Virus record (IMG/VR): IMGVR_UViG_3300017727_001923
Coordinates: 97,406-149,135 of that record
Origin: a virus
Reading direction: 5' to 3' (one strand)
DNA length: 51,730 nucleotides
Under the pieces are notes generated by a model. That model made no database searches. It saw only the letters and a list, made by a program, of their open reading frames with translations, and was not told the origin of the DNA. This document shows positions 1 to 9,362 of this stretch, in pieces. The position numbers were made by a program, and so were the translations under genes. The stretch's first letter is position 1. Each line of letters opens with the position of its first letter.

Positions 1-503
1 TTTACTTTAGGGTGTTTTGCATTACCAGTAAAATAATCACACAGAGCGACAATTGCATGTTCTCCATTACCTATACAAAAGTAATCGACATTTTCATGTC
101 GGATAACATTAACTAGTTTATTTGCACCTACTACGATTTTTACCCAAGGGTATCTTTCCTTAATATGTTTTATGAGTCTGTTTTGTTTTCTTACTATAGG
201 TGGTGCTTCGTGAATTGAATATGTGAAGAACACACTGAACCCTATCCATTTGGTATTCTTAGTGATTCGAGTTTCACAAAATTCATGTAGTTCACTATCG
301 TCCCATGCCTCAAGAAAGTCTACAACTTCAATGTCCCACTTCCCAGTATTTCTTAAATGGGTTGCAATTCTATGAGCGCCCGTTCCCCTAACTGGCATTT
401 CTTCCCAATTACCAGAATCATAAACTGCATGTTCTGGAACAAATCCTTTACCTATCGGGTATGTAAAGGACGCACCAGTTATTATTAATCCATGGTGTTT
501 CAT
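1..503 (-). CDS. Cobalamin (B12)-binding-domain radical SAM protein, N-terminal part (runs off window start)
   Basis: Not in the ORF track; hand-translated from ATG at 503, which overlaps the gp4 stop (ATGA): MKHHGLIITG...GAHRIATHLRNTGKWDIEVVDF...KWIGFSVFFT...IKHIKERYPWVKIVVGAN...VDYFCIGNGEHAIVALCD. This follows the B12-binding domain pattern of class B radical SAM enzymes. The CxxxCxxC motif would lie outside the window. Confidence 0.7.
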   Translation of the reverse strand, partial: MKHHGLIITGASFTYPIGKGFVPEHAVYDSGNWEEMPVRGTGAHRIATHLRNTGKWDIEVVDFLEAWDDSELHEFCETRITKNTKWIGFSVFFTYSIHEAPPIVRKQNRLIKHIKERYPWVKIVVGANKLVNVIRHENVDYFCIGNGEHAIVALCDYFTGNAKHPKV

Positions 504-976
504 CTTTTTCTTTTGGTGAAAGGTCTCAGTGGTTTTGTTGATTTAGGAATAAGAGACTTGAGTGGTTCATTCTTTTCAGTCCAGATAACAAATCTCCATC
601 CACGGTCTTTTGCATATTCATTTGCCGCTTCCCACTTATTTATATTCTTTACGTAAGTCATACTTTCAGATATAAACTTTTTAGTTCTGCGACTACCTGT
701 AGGAATTCTAGTCTCTTTATCTGGTTTAATCTCAACCAACCAAGTCTTACCATCTTCCATCACCATTTTTAAATCCATAAAATATCTATGATAACGCTTG
801 TCAACTTCATATAAGTATGGTATAATAACCTCTTCAGAAGACCATTTTACTACTTTGGGGTTGTTATCACACCATTTGAATGCATGTTTCTCCCACAGAG
901 AACGATATACCACAACAGTATGGTCTCCCTCGTACTTCTTTGTGTTTTTTACTCTGTATCTACCCGAATATGCCAT
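500..976 (-). CDS. gp4: Head completion protein (T4 gp4-like, TnsA-like nuclease fold)
   Basis: MAYSGRY..KNTKKYEGD..VVYRSLWE, WSSEE..IPY, HRYFMD, VEIKP, NKWEAA motifs typical of gp4. Confidence 0.9.
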   Translation of the reverse strand: MAYSGRYRVKNTKKYEGDHTVVVYRSLWEKHAFKWCDNNPKVVKWSSEEVIIPYLYEVDKRYHRYFMDLKMVMEDGKTWLVEIKPDKETRIPTGSRRTKKFISESMTYVKNINKWEAANEYAKDRGWRFVIWTEKNEPLKSLIPKSTKPLRPFTKRKR

Positions 977-984
977 AAAAACCT

Positions 985-992
985 TATAAATA
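985..992 (+). promoter_or_regulatory. T4-type late promoter TATAAATA (baseplate operon)
   Basis: Exact consensus, 39 nt upstream of the ATG at 1032. Confidence 0.8.
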
Positions 993-1012
993 AAGATAAC
1001 TGATTTATAACC

Positions 1013-1020
1013 TATTTATA
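1013..1020 (-). promoter_or_regulatory. T4-type late promoter TATAAATA (gp4 and radical SAM)
   Basis: TATTTATA on + strand, 36 nt upstream of the gp4 ATG at 976. Confidence 0.75.
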
Positions 1021-1031
1021 GAGAAATTACA

Positions 1032-2075
1032 ATGCCGACAGTCACAAACATTCAAGACGTACAGGTAGGAGATACTTTAACTTCTGCACAAATAGTTGAA
1101 GCAGCAACTGGTAGAAAGCCTGGCATCGAAGAAAACAAAAGTCGAAAAGACTTAGAGTATCCACTTAACAATCCTGACGAATATAAAGGTCGTTTAATCT
1201 TTAACGTAATGAAAGAACCTGAGACTGACCTTGGTAATATTTCAGAAGCAGCAACTTCTTTTGCAAAGTCTGTTGGGGCGGGTTTAAAGAATGCACTTAA
1301 AACTGAAAACCCTGAAGAAGTTGCAAAAGCAGTTAAATCTCACAAAGGTGAAGATAACGTTCCTATTATTAAACAAAGACCATTAATTAAACTTGATAGA
1401 CAAGTATCGATGTATCTACCTGTTGGTCTACAGTACCGTGATAACGTTGCATATGAGAATATGGACTTAGGTGGTGCGGGTGCGGCTGCGGAAAGAGGAT
1501 TACAATCTGGTTCTGGTGCTATTAAGAATTTGATTGAAGGTGGAATGAAAACTCTGAGTGCGGGTCTTAGTGGTGCGGCAAACAAAGATGTTGCAAAACT
1601 AGGTGTTGTTAAACTTGCATCTAAGTTACCTGACGAAGTATCGGGTGCATTCAAATCAGCAGCGGGGGTGACAACTAATCCAAACACTCGTGTATTATTT
1701 AAACAAGTTAATCTTCGTGAATTTGCATTTGCATTTAAGTTCATTGCAACTTCGTCAAAAGAAGCAGAAGAAGTAAAAGAGATTATTAAACTATTTAGAA
1801 CAGAACTATATCCAGAGAATATTAATCTAGACGTGGGTGGAAGTCAAGTTTCTATTGGTTACAAGTTTCCCAACAAATTCCAGATTGATATTGAATATGA
1901 TGGAGAAGAGATTGCAACAAGAATTAAACCGTGTTTCCTTAGAGATGTTAGTGTAACATATAATAACACATCAATGACTATGCACAATGACGGGAACTTT
2001 CAAGAAATCGAAATGTCATTATCATTCCAAGAAACAAGAACACTCAACAGAAAAGATGTAGAGGAAGGATTCTAA
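1032..2075 (+). CDS. gp48: Baseplate tail-tube cap (T4 gp48-like)
   Basis: YLPVGLQYRDNVAY, NPNTRVLFKQVNLREFAFAFKF..S.KEAEEVKEIIKLFR, PCFLRDVSVTY, EMSLSFQE; divergent from gp4 and upstream of gp53. Confidence 0.8.
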   Translation: MPTVTNIQDVQVGDTLTSAQIVEAATGRKPGIEENKSRKDLEYPLNNPDEYKGRLIFNVMKEPETDLGNISEAATSFAKSVGAGLKNALKTENPEEVAKAVKSHKGEDNVPIIKQRPLIKLDRQVSMYLPVGLQYRDNVAYENMDLGGAGAAAERGLQSGSGAIKNLIEGGMKTLSAGLSGAANKDVAKLGVVKLASKLPDEVSGAFKSAAGVTTNPNTRVLFKQVNLREFAFAFKFIATSSKEAEEVKEIIKLFRTELYPENINLDVGGSQVSIGYKFPNKFQIDIEYDGEEIATRIKPCFLRDVSVTYNNTSMTMHNDGNFQEIEMSLSFQETRTLNRKDVEEGF

Positions 2076-2857
2076 TGACAACAAAATATTTTAAAAACTT
2101 TAATATTGTCGGATATAATTTTGGTAATGAGACCTCTTCAGTTCTCTTCGATGACCTCTCACAATATGTAGATATTATTGATGGACTGAAAGATAATGTT
2201 TCTTTCTATGAACAGTATACTGTAGTTGCGGGTGAAAGACCTGATACTCTTTCATACAAGTTATATGGAACTACTAATTATTACTGGACATTCTTTCTTA
2301 TGAATGACCACTTACGTGAGTCTGGATGGCCAATCCCTACATATGAACTATTGGATACTGCAAAAACAAAATATCCATATAGAATTGTTACAACAAACTC
2401 AGATATATCAACATCATTTCCAGTTGGTCAGATTGTAACTGGAGTAAATAGTGGTACTGTCGGTACTATAATCAAACGAAACCTTGACATGGGTCAATTA
2501 GTAATTGATACTTCATTAACGCCTGGCGATTACTTTGGTAAATATCCTAACCTTGAAAACTTTGGCCCTACAGAGAACATACAATACACTGCTCAAGATG
2601 GTGCATTCTATACTGCAACACTTGTTAAAGAATCTGAACAATACAATGCAGTTCATCATTACGAAGATACTAATGGTGTATGGCAAGACTTGACATTATT
2701 TGATTTTGATACACCAAATCCTCTCTGGAAACCTGTCACTTATAGAGATAGAATTGAAGCAAGGAACGATGAATTAAAATTTATTAATGTTTTAAAACCC
2801 GATGTGGTAGACAACGTAGTTAGTGAATTCAATAACTTTCATAAAAGAGTAGGTTAA
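2075..2857 (+). CDS. gp53: Baseplate wedge subunit (T4 gp53-like, LysM-like)
   Basis: YFKNF..V.Y, GERPDTLSYKLYG...YYWTFFLMN..WP, VHHYE, NDELKFINVLKP. Confidence 0.85.
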   Translation: MTTKYFKNFNIVGYNFGNETSSVLFDDLSQYVDIIDGLKDNVSFYEQYTVVAGERPDTLSYKLYGTTNYYWTFFLMNDHLRESGWPIPTYELLDTAKTKYPYRIVTTNSDISTSFPVGQIVTGVNSGTVGTIIKRNLDMGQLVIDTSLTPGDYFGKYPNLENFGPTENIQYTAQDGAFYTATLVKESEQYNAVHHYEDTNGVWQDLTLFDFDTPNPLWKPVTYRDRIEARNDELKFINVLKPDVVDNVVSEFNNFHKRVG

Positions 2858-4209
2858 TGTCCACATCTCAACAGTTCAAAATAACTGAGGCATCAATCTC
2901 GGCAGACCGTTTCGGTGGATTTGCATCAAATTCTTTTGATGTTCGTACATCTGTTGCGGAATTAAATATATTTGAAAGTTTAGATAAACCTTATTTGACG
3001 GGAACTGTTGTTATTCTTGATGACAAAGCATTGTTTGATTCAATGAATTTTCAAGGAACAGAACGATTTCGTATAAAACTTTCTTCTGCGGATGAAACTT
3101 TAGATACCGTATTCGAACGTACCTTTATGATGACTGGAATCGAGCGTTCGGTCAAGGGAAATGATAACGGAAAATCTAGTATGTATGTTATTACATTACT
3201 AGACGAACATGCATATCTGAGTAGTCTAACAAGAATTAGTAAATCGTTTAACGGACGTATTGACAAGATTATTATTAAACTTCTTGCAACTCAAATGAAT
3301 ATGGATGTGGACGTTTCTTATTTGTTTAGAGGTGACGGTAAAGAATCTCTACCTGTTCAATCTAATATGAAAGGTATTATTCCTAACCTGAGTCCTATAC
3401 AAACAATTAAATGGTTGATACAAAGAGCGACCACAGTTACAGGGTCACCTTTCTTTGCTTATGCATCTATGCATGATGACAATCTTCGTCTAGGTAATTT
3501 AGATGCCATGTTATCACAAAAAGCGTTTAACTCAAAATTACCTTACACATATAACCCAGCAAATGTTTCTAGTGCAGATACCCAATCGGAAGTAGAAAAA
3601 ACATTTACTATTAAAGCATTAAAAACATCTAAGATGGGAAACACATTGAAACTTATTCAAGAAGGTGCAGTTTCATCACAGATGTCAAATACTAATCTTA
3701 ACACAGGACAAATATTTAGTCAACACTTTTCAATAAGAAATACCTTGAATAAATTAAATAATCATGGTATAATTGGAGAGTATCAGAATGTATTTGATAC
3801 TGAGTTTAAGATGGACGAATCTCTTGTAGATACTTTTGAATCACAGAGGTTTCATACAATAACATCTAGTGGTACATATGGTAGATTTAAAAGTTACCAT
3901 GATGAGTTTGATGCGACTAAGTTTGAAAAGAAACTTGAAAGTAAAGCATTACACAATACTCTATATAAAAACATGATGAATGTAGTTATTGAAGGTGCGG
4001 GATTTATTGTTTCGAAAGCAAGTGTTGGTGACATAGTAAATTTAAAAATTGTAAATGATAATACAGAACAAGATAGAAATGTCGGTGAAGATGACTTAAT
4101 AGATAAAACTAAATCTGGTAATTGTATTATATACGATACTAGACATACTTTCTCTGGAACACAACACACGGTGTCTATGAACGTATGTAAACTGGAGAAA
4201 CTTTCATAA
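2857..4209 (+). CDS. Baseplate hub protein (gp27-like)
   Basis: ELNIFESLDKPYLTGTVVILD, IIPNLSP..IKWL, C-terminal SG.CIIYDTRHTF; located between gp53 and gp5. Confidence 0.6.
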   Translation: MSTSQQFKITEASISADRFGGFASNSFDVRTSVAELNIFESLDKPYLTGTVVILDDKALFDSMNFQGTERFRIKLSSADETLDTVFERTFMMTGIERSVKGNDNGKSSMYVITLLDEHAYLSSLTRISKSFNGRIDKIIIKLLATQMNMDVDVSYLFRGDGKESLPVQSNMKGIIPNLSPIQTIKWLIQRATTVTGSPFFAYASMHDDNLRLGNLDAMLSQKAFNSKLPYTYNPANVSSADTQSEVEKTFTIKALKTSKMGNTLKLIQEGAVSSQMSNTNLNTGQIFSQHFSIRNTLNKLNNHGIIGEYQNVFDTEFKMDESLVDTFESQRFHTITSSGTYGRFKSYHDEFDATKFEKKLESKALHNTLYKNMMNVVIEGAGFIVSKASVGDIVNLKIVNDNTEQDRNVGEDDLIDKTKSGNCIIYDTRHTFSGTQHTVSMNVCKLEKLS

Positions 4210-5069
4210 TGAAACCAATTCTTTCAGAGTATTATGGTGATAACACACGATGGTTTATTGCAACTGTTGTGGATTCTTCACCACCATATGGTTTTGAAGG
4301 ACGAGTAAAAATTCGTGTACATGGATTACATACCTCGTCTACTAAACTAATACCTCAACATGACCTACCATGGGCGCAATGCGTTGTACCTACAACAGAA
4401 GGTGGAATATCTGGTATTGGAAGAATGCCACAGGTTCAACCTAATGCATTGGTCTTCGGTATGTTTATGGATGGTGTAAATTCACAAACACCTATTGTAT
4501 TAGGTAGTCTACCGCATATTGAATTACCTACAAGAACTCAACTAGGTCAAGTGGGTGAAGATATTGGAGAAGATAACAAACCAGAAGGTCTGTGGCAAAG
4601 TGTTATTGCCGCAGTAAAACCAAAAGATGTTGATATACAAAATGACAATAGTGGTAATATTAATAATCTGGTAAGATTGTCACGAGAAAAAACTGCGGTC
4701 AAGTTCTTTTTAAATCTTGGATATACTGTTAAACAATCTATAGGTTTAGTTTCTGGTCTTGAGATGGCTTCTGGTTTAAGAACTGGTGTTAATGTTCAAT
4801 CAAGTGGTCTTGGAAGGTATTCTAGAAAAAGGTATAATGATTTACAAAACTTTTCTAATGACTACAATCAATTTATGGTTCAACTTGCCTTCATTGCATA
4901 CGAATTAAATGGGTCACAAACAAACGCAAATATAAAACTACTACAATCAGATAAGTTAGAAGGTTCTGATGGAGTGTGTAGGGTAGTGTGTAAGTATTAT
5001 ATTCAAGATGAGTCTCTTACAAAACAGTCAGAACTTGCCGCACGAAGAATGATGGATAGGATAGCATAA
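4209..5069 (+). CDS. gp5 N-terminal OB-fold domain fused to a degenerate tail-lysozyme-like domain
   Basis: WFIATVVD..GRVKIRVHGLH...DLPWAQCVVPTT.GG.SG..VFGMFMDG..QTPIVLGSL is the gp5 OB fold; the C-terminus (GYT.KQ..GLV..L..ASG..R...L..QLAFIAYEL) resembles phage tail lysozyme. Confidence 0.75.
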   Translation: MKPILSEYYGDNTRWFIATVVDSSPPYGFEGRVKIRVHGLHTSSTKLIPQHDLPWAQCVVPTTEGGISGIGRMPQVQPNALVFGMFMDGVNSQTPIVLGSLPHIELPTRTQLGQVGEDIGEDNKPEGLWQSVIAAVKPKDVDIQNDNSGNINNLVRLSREKTAVKFFLNLGYTVKQSIGLVSGLEMASGLRTGVNVQSSGLGRYSRKRYNDLQNFSNDYNQFMVQLAFIAYELNGSQTNANIKLLQSDKLEGSDGVCRVVCKYYIQDESLTKQSELAARRMMDRIA

Positions 5070-6856
5070 TGGCATTAAACAAATCTTCACTCAACAGTAC
5101 AATAAACTCTGAAATCAATAAACAGGTTGAAGGGAATGCTAATTATGCCTCTAGTGCTGTAAACACTATCGAAGATACATTTGCAAAGACCACAAGTAAA
5201 ATTGGTAAGGTTGATGGAGAAGTCTTAGGTGGAGTTCAGTCTTTAGGTTCGTCTGCTCTTGACGGAAACGAAGTATTAAAAGATGGTATAGGAAAACTTA
5301 CAGATAAGATTCCTAGTTTAGGAGGTACTGCAACTGCACAATCATCCATACCAAACCTTTTAGGTTTATCAGAAGCAGACCCTACTGCATCTGCAATGGA
5401 AGCAGTTGGTGGTGCATCACCCAAAGACCTTCAATCCGCAGTAGATAAAGTAACAACTATCTCTGGTGAATCGATGACTGATATATCTACATTTACTGCC
5501 AGTATTGCTTCCGCTGATGAACTAACAAGTATTACCGCTGCTCTTCCTTCTTTAGAAATTCCTAGTCTTGATGCAGTCGTAGGTGAGATTACCCCTGTTG
5601 CAAGTCTGAGTAGTCTTGGAGATGGTGTGAAGGATGCAGTATCAGATGCAACTAGTATTGGTGGTCTTAGTGCGTCACTCCCGTCACCAAAGAATACATT
5701 AAGTAATTTCGGTAGTGTTGGTGATTTAGTTTCAAGTGGATTGAACGATATTACAACCGCTGCTACAGGATTTGTAAATGATGCAACCAAGTTTGCAGAT
5801 GACTTTGCATCATCGATAGACAAAGGTGTCAGTGGAGTTTTACAGAATCTTGCAGAAGGATTGACAGGACAAGCATCTTCTTTCCTCGCTAATATTGTGC
5901 CTGGCGGTATTAGTTCAACTGAAGCAGAGAGAAGAGAAATATTAAGACAGTTTTCAACGGGAGACCCAACAGAAAAAACTAAAGCAGTTAAAACACTGAC
6001 ATCAAAATCTAATAACGTGTCTCCTGAAATGAAAAGTATTATTGATAAAGTAGAAGCGACTACACCTAATACATTGTCAGATAAAGTTGCAAACGAAGCA
6101 AAAAAACAAGGTGTTCCTCAAGAAAAAATAGATGTAGCTATTGCAGAATTACAAACAATTGATAATAGTTTAGAACAACTTGATACAACTATTGGTGGTA
6201 CAGTTGTTATTGACCAGAGTATGTTTGATGAAGACTTTTCTATTGGTCAAAATGAATCTAAGTGGTCTGGTCGTACATCTAAAGATGATGTGTTTACATA
6301 CGTTGCATCTGTAGAGGAATTAGATGCAGATTTCGCTCGTGTAGAAAGACAAGTTACAGAAGTAATCGTCCACGCAACGGAAACATTCACCAATAAAGAC
6401 ATTGGTGCAATAGAGATAAATAACATTCATAACGAATTAGGACACGATGGTATTGGTTATCATTATGTAATTAGAAGAGATGGTAGACTTCAACGTGGTA
6501 GACCTGTTAATAAGGTTGGAGAACACGCAGTAGTAAATGGACATGATGTATATTCAATTGGTATTGTAATGGTTGGTGGTATAAATGTATCTGCGGGAGA
6601 TGATAACCCTGAAACTTATAGGTCTTCACAATCATTTACTCGTGAACAATATACGACACTAGAAAAATTTATTAGGTCATTCTATCGTAAATATTCTGGT
6701 GGACAAGTATTTGGACATAATGATATTGATGTACAAGAAGAAGACCCATACTTTGATGTGACCGATTATATTGAATCAGTATTTAGAAAAACTAATATAA
6801 CCACTGACCCATCTAGCAGTTCACCATTAAGTCCATCCGAGATTAACGTACAATGA
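5069..6856 (+). CDS. Ser/Ala/Thr-rich protein with C-terminal T7-lysozyme-type N-acetylmuramoyl-L-alanine amidase
   Basis: VIVHAT...IGYHYVIRRDGRLQRGRP...GEHA...SIGIVMVGG...FTREQY..L...GHND...DPYFDV. Confidence 0.8.
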   Translation: MALNKSSLNSTINSEINKQVEGNANYASSAVNTIEDTFAKTTSKIGKVDGEVLGGVQSLGSSALDGNEVLKDGIGKLTDKIPSLGGTATAQSSIPNLLGLSEADPTASAMEAVGGASPKDLQSAVDKVTTISGESMTDISTFTASIASADELTSITAALPSLEIPSLDAVVGEITPVASLSSLGDGVKDAVSDATSIGGLSASLPSPKNTLSNFGSVGDLVSSGLNDITTAATGFVNDATKFADDFASSIDKGVSGVLQNLAEGLTGQASSFLANIVPGGISSTEAERREILRQFSTGDPTEKTKAVKTLTSKSNNVSPEMKSIIDKVEATTPNTLSDKVANEAKKQGVPQEKIDVAIAELQTIDNSLEQLDTTIGGTVVIDQSMFDEDFSIGQNESKWSGRTSKDDVFTYVASVEELDADFARVERQVTEVIVHATETFTNKDIGAIEINNIHNELGHDGIGYHYVIRRDGRLQRGRPVNKVGEHAVVNGHDVYSIGIVMVGGINVSAGDDNPETYRSSQSFTREQYTTLEKFIRSFYRKYSGGQVFGHNDIDVQEEDPYFDVTDYIESVFRKTNITTDPSSSSPLSPSEINVQ

Positions 6857-8301
6857 CAACTAAAAAAGATAATTACAGAGAACGAGTTAATAAACTAGGT
6901 GAGGGTACAGAACAGACTCTTGGTGTTTCTATTGATGGAATGCAAGACCCTACTGGTGAATATCCTAAAAGAGATTATAACTTCGGAACAGGTATCAATA
7001 AAGCTGCCCGTGGTATAAAGATTAATGACCTTTACCTTGGGGGTGGAGACGTTGGTGTATCTCTAGGGGTACAATCACAACGTCCTTCCGAATATCCTTT
7101 TAACCAAGTATCAGAATCTTTATCTGGTCATGTTGTAGAATATGATGACACGCCAGGCGGTGAACGAGTATTAATTAAACACCGTAAAGGTGCGGGTGTA
7201 GAGATGAGAGCAGATGGTTCTGTTCTTATTTCTGCGGTAAACAATAAAGTAGAAGTTACTGGTGGTGACCAAACTGTTATTGTTGAAGGACATGGTAACT
7301 TAGTCTACAATGGTAATCTTAATCTTAAAGTAACAGGTGATTACAACATAGATGTTGGTGGTAATTATAATGTCAATGTTGCGGGTAATTTAGTAGAGTC
7401 TATCGAACATAATTTAAAAACAACAGTCACAGGTAATACTAATCTAACAACAAAAGGTACAAGAAACCTAAAGACCGTTGGAACAAACACTCATATGATG
7501 TTATCAGATAATAATCAGTTTGTCAAGGGTAATCATAAACATCTTGTTGAAGGTAATATTGACCAAGCATCTGAAGGAAAGATATTTGTATCTGGTAAAG
7601 AATCCTATGCAGTATCATCTAAGAACACCAATATCACGGGTGCGAAGTTCGTATCAGTATTGGGACAGAAGGGTGCAATCGGTGGTAAGAAGGTTGACTT
7701 TACTGGTAATGTGTTCCAAGGTAATGAAGGTGCAATGGCAGAATCTTCTGGTGCAATCTTCCACGGTACATTCAAGGGTATTGCAGACGAAGCGATTCGT
7801 TCATACAATGCGAATGTAGCAGGATTTGCCGAAGTATCTGACCTAACACATGGACAGTCATATGCGGAAGCAGCAACTTCTGGAAGTGCGGTTGGTGATA
7901 CTCATACAGCAGCAACCAAGGTACAGGCGGTTATTACAGGGGAAGACCCACTGACTCCATTAGTAGTAGTAGGACACGCAACCTCTGGTTCATATGCAAT
8001 CAAGAATGTTGTGGTCGATGCAGATGATTCGTTAAAGAATAAAATCTTATTGACCGATGATTACGAGAATGTATTTGATAAGATACCAACTACCCAAGAG
8101 ATTCGTTCTGCATTTAGAAACAAGTCTTCTCGTGATACTGTAGGTGGTATTCTTGTTTCAGAAGAAAGACTAAACCCAGACTACAAAGCTACAACTCCAC
8201 CTTCAATTGGAAGAACTGCAAAGAAATCTCCATCATCTAGATTTGGATTTGAACCGATTGGTAATGCATTAGAGAATAGAGGTAAAAGGTTCACACCATG
8301 A
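6853..8301 (+). CDS. gp5 C-terminal part (baseplate spike beta-helix)
   Basis: DPTGEYP, SEYPFNQVSESLSGHVVEYDDTPGGERVLIKHRKG, then VxGx-type beta-helix repeats (VTGDYNIDVGGNYNVNVAGN). Confidence 0.8.
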   Translation: MTTKKDNYRERVNKLGEGTEQTLGVSIDGMQDPTGEYPKRDYNFGTGINKAARGIKINDLYLGGGDVGVSLGVQSQRPSEYPFNQVSESLSGHVVEYDDTPGGERVLIKHRKGAGVEMRADGSVLISAVNNKVEVTGGDQTVIVEGHGNLVYNGNLNLKVTGDYNIDVGGNYNVNVAGNLVESIEHNLKTTVTGNTNLTTKGTRNLKTVGTNTHMMLSDNNQFVKGNHKHLVEGNIDQASEGKIFVSGKESYAVSSKNTNITGAKFVSVLGQKGAIGGKKVDFTGNVFQGNEGAMAESSGAIFHGTFKGIADEAIRSYNANVAGFAEVSDLTHGQSYAEAATSGSAVGDTHTAATKVQAVITGEDPLTPLVVVGHATSGSYAIKNVVVDADDSLKNKILLTDDYENVFDKIPTTQEIRSAFRNKSSRDTVGGILVSEERLNPDYKATTPPSIGRTAKKSPSSRFGFEPIGNALENRGKRFTP

Positions 8302-8891
8302 TAATATTAGTAGACCCAGTATATAATCCAGAATTTCAAAGTAGTATTAATTCTGCAACTAGACTAGCAAAAGGTGTGACCGTTGCCAAGTTCTTGGGTG
8401 CATATGGAGATAGAACACCGTTCAATCATGTTGAAAGTGCATCTGTAAGGAAACAAACTGCAAGAAATCTATATCTTCAAGCAGAAGCAATGAGTATTAT
8501 TAACGGTAATACAGAAAACTTTAACAAAGTAAGACTAGTAGTATCAGAAGGTTTGTATGACCTGAAATCTATTGATGCGGGTGATGAAACCATGCAGAAG
8601 AAATCTGACGGTAGATTGGTGTATTATCAAGTAATCGATAGAGAAGGAAATGTTGACCTAGAGAAAACATTTGATGTTGCAGAGTATTGGAAAGATTATA
8701 TTAATTTTAAGAACATCTACTTAGATTATGACACATACAATCCAGATAAAACACTTACTGGTCAGATTGGTCTAGAGTTTCCGACTGTTCCAAGTAGTTT
8801 TGATATAACTTTTACTAAGGATGTTAGTACTCATTTTAATAATGAGTTAATGAGTAAAAATGAATTAGTAGAAATTAAAGAGAAAGACTAA
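8298..8891 (+). CDS. Hypothetical baseplate-region protein
   Basis: 197-aa ORF overlapping the gp5C stop; only weak, uncertain resemblance to a degenerate peptidase M15-like fold. Confidence 0.55.
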   Translation: MIILVDPVYNPEFQSSINSATRLAKGVTVAKFLGAYGDRTPFNHVESASVRKQTARNLYLQAEAMSIINGNTENFNKVRLVVSEGLYDLKSIDAGDETMQKKSDGRLVYYQVIDREGNVDLEKTFDVAEYWKDYINFKNIYLDYDTYNPDKTLTGQIGLEFPTVPSSFDITFTKDVSTHFNNELMSKNELVEIKEKD

Positions 8892-8898
8892 AAAAGGT

Positions 8899-8906
8899 TA
8901 TAAATA
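8899..8906 (+). promoter_or_regulatory. Late promoter TATAAATA
   Basis: Exact consensus, intergenic, 5 nt before the gp25 ATG. Confidence 0.75.
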
Positions 8907-8911
8907 GAAGT

Positions 8912-9361
8912 ATGGCAATACGTAGAGCATTCGCACAGGAAGATACTAATCTCCAATCTGCTACAGTAACAACTAGTAGAGAGAGACAGTATTCTGACGT
9001 TGACCTTTCATTTAAGGTGAAACCTACCAGTGGAGAAATCTTCAAAAAACTGGATGGTGCCGCAGTGAAACAGTCAATCAAAACACTAGTTATGACAAAT
9101 AGACTAGAGAAACCGTTTCGTCCTGATTTTGGTGGAGATGTAAGGGGACAATTGTTCGAATTAGCGGACAAAGGAAAGTCTTCTATTCTACGTAGAGGTA
9201 TAATACAGAACATAGAAGTATATGAACCCAGAGCAGAAGTCCTTAATGTGATTGTAAAAATGCAACCTGATAGACACAGTCTGGACGTAACTATTAAATT
9301 TAAGGTAGTGAATACAACCGAAGAAGTAGAATTCACCACAACATTAGCAAGGTTAAGATAA
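8912..9361 (+). CDS. gp25: Baseplate wedge subunit gp25
   Basis: YSDVDLSF, AVKQSIKTLVMT...EKPFRPDFG....LFE, I..YEPR. Confidence 0.9.
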   Translation: MAIRRAFAQEDTNLQSATVTTSRERQYSDVDLSFKVKPTSGEIFKKLDGAAVKQSIKTLVMTNRLEKPFRPDFGGDVRGQLFELADKGKSSILRRGIIQNIEVYEPRAEVLNVIVKMQPDRHSLDVTIKFKVVNTTEEVEFTTTLARLR

Positions 9362-9362
9362 C

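Noticed and set aside
500-976. Transposase (TnsA) / mobile element
   Set aside because: The TnsA-like fold is the normal feature of T4 gp4; synteny fits gp4 and there are no element ends
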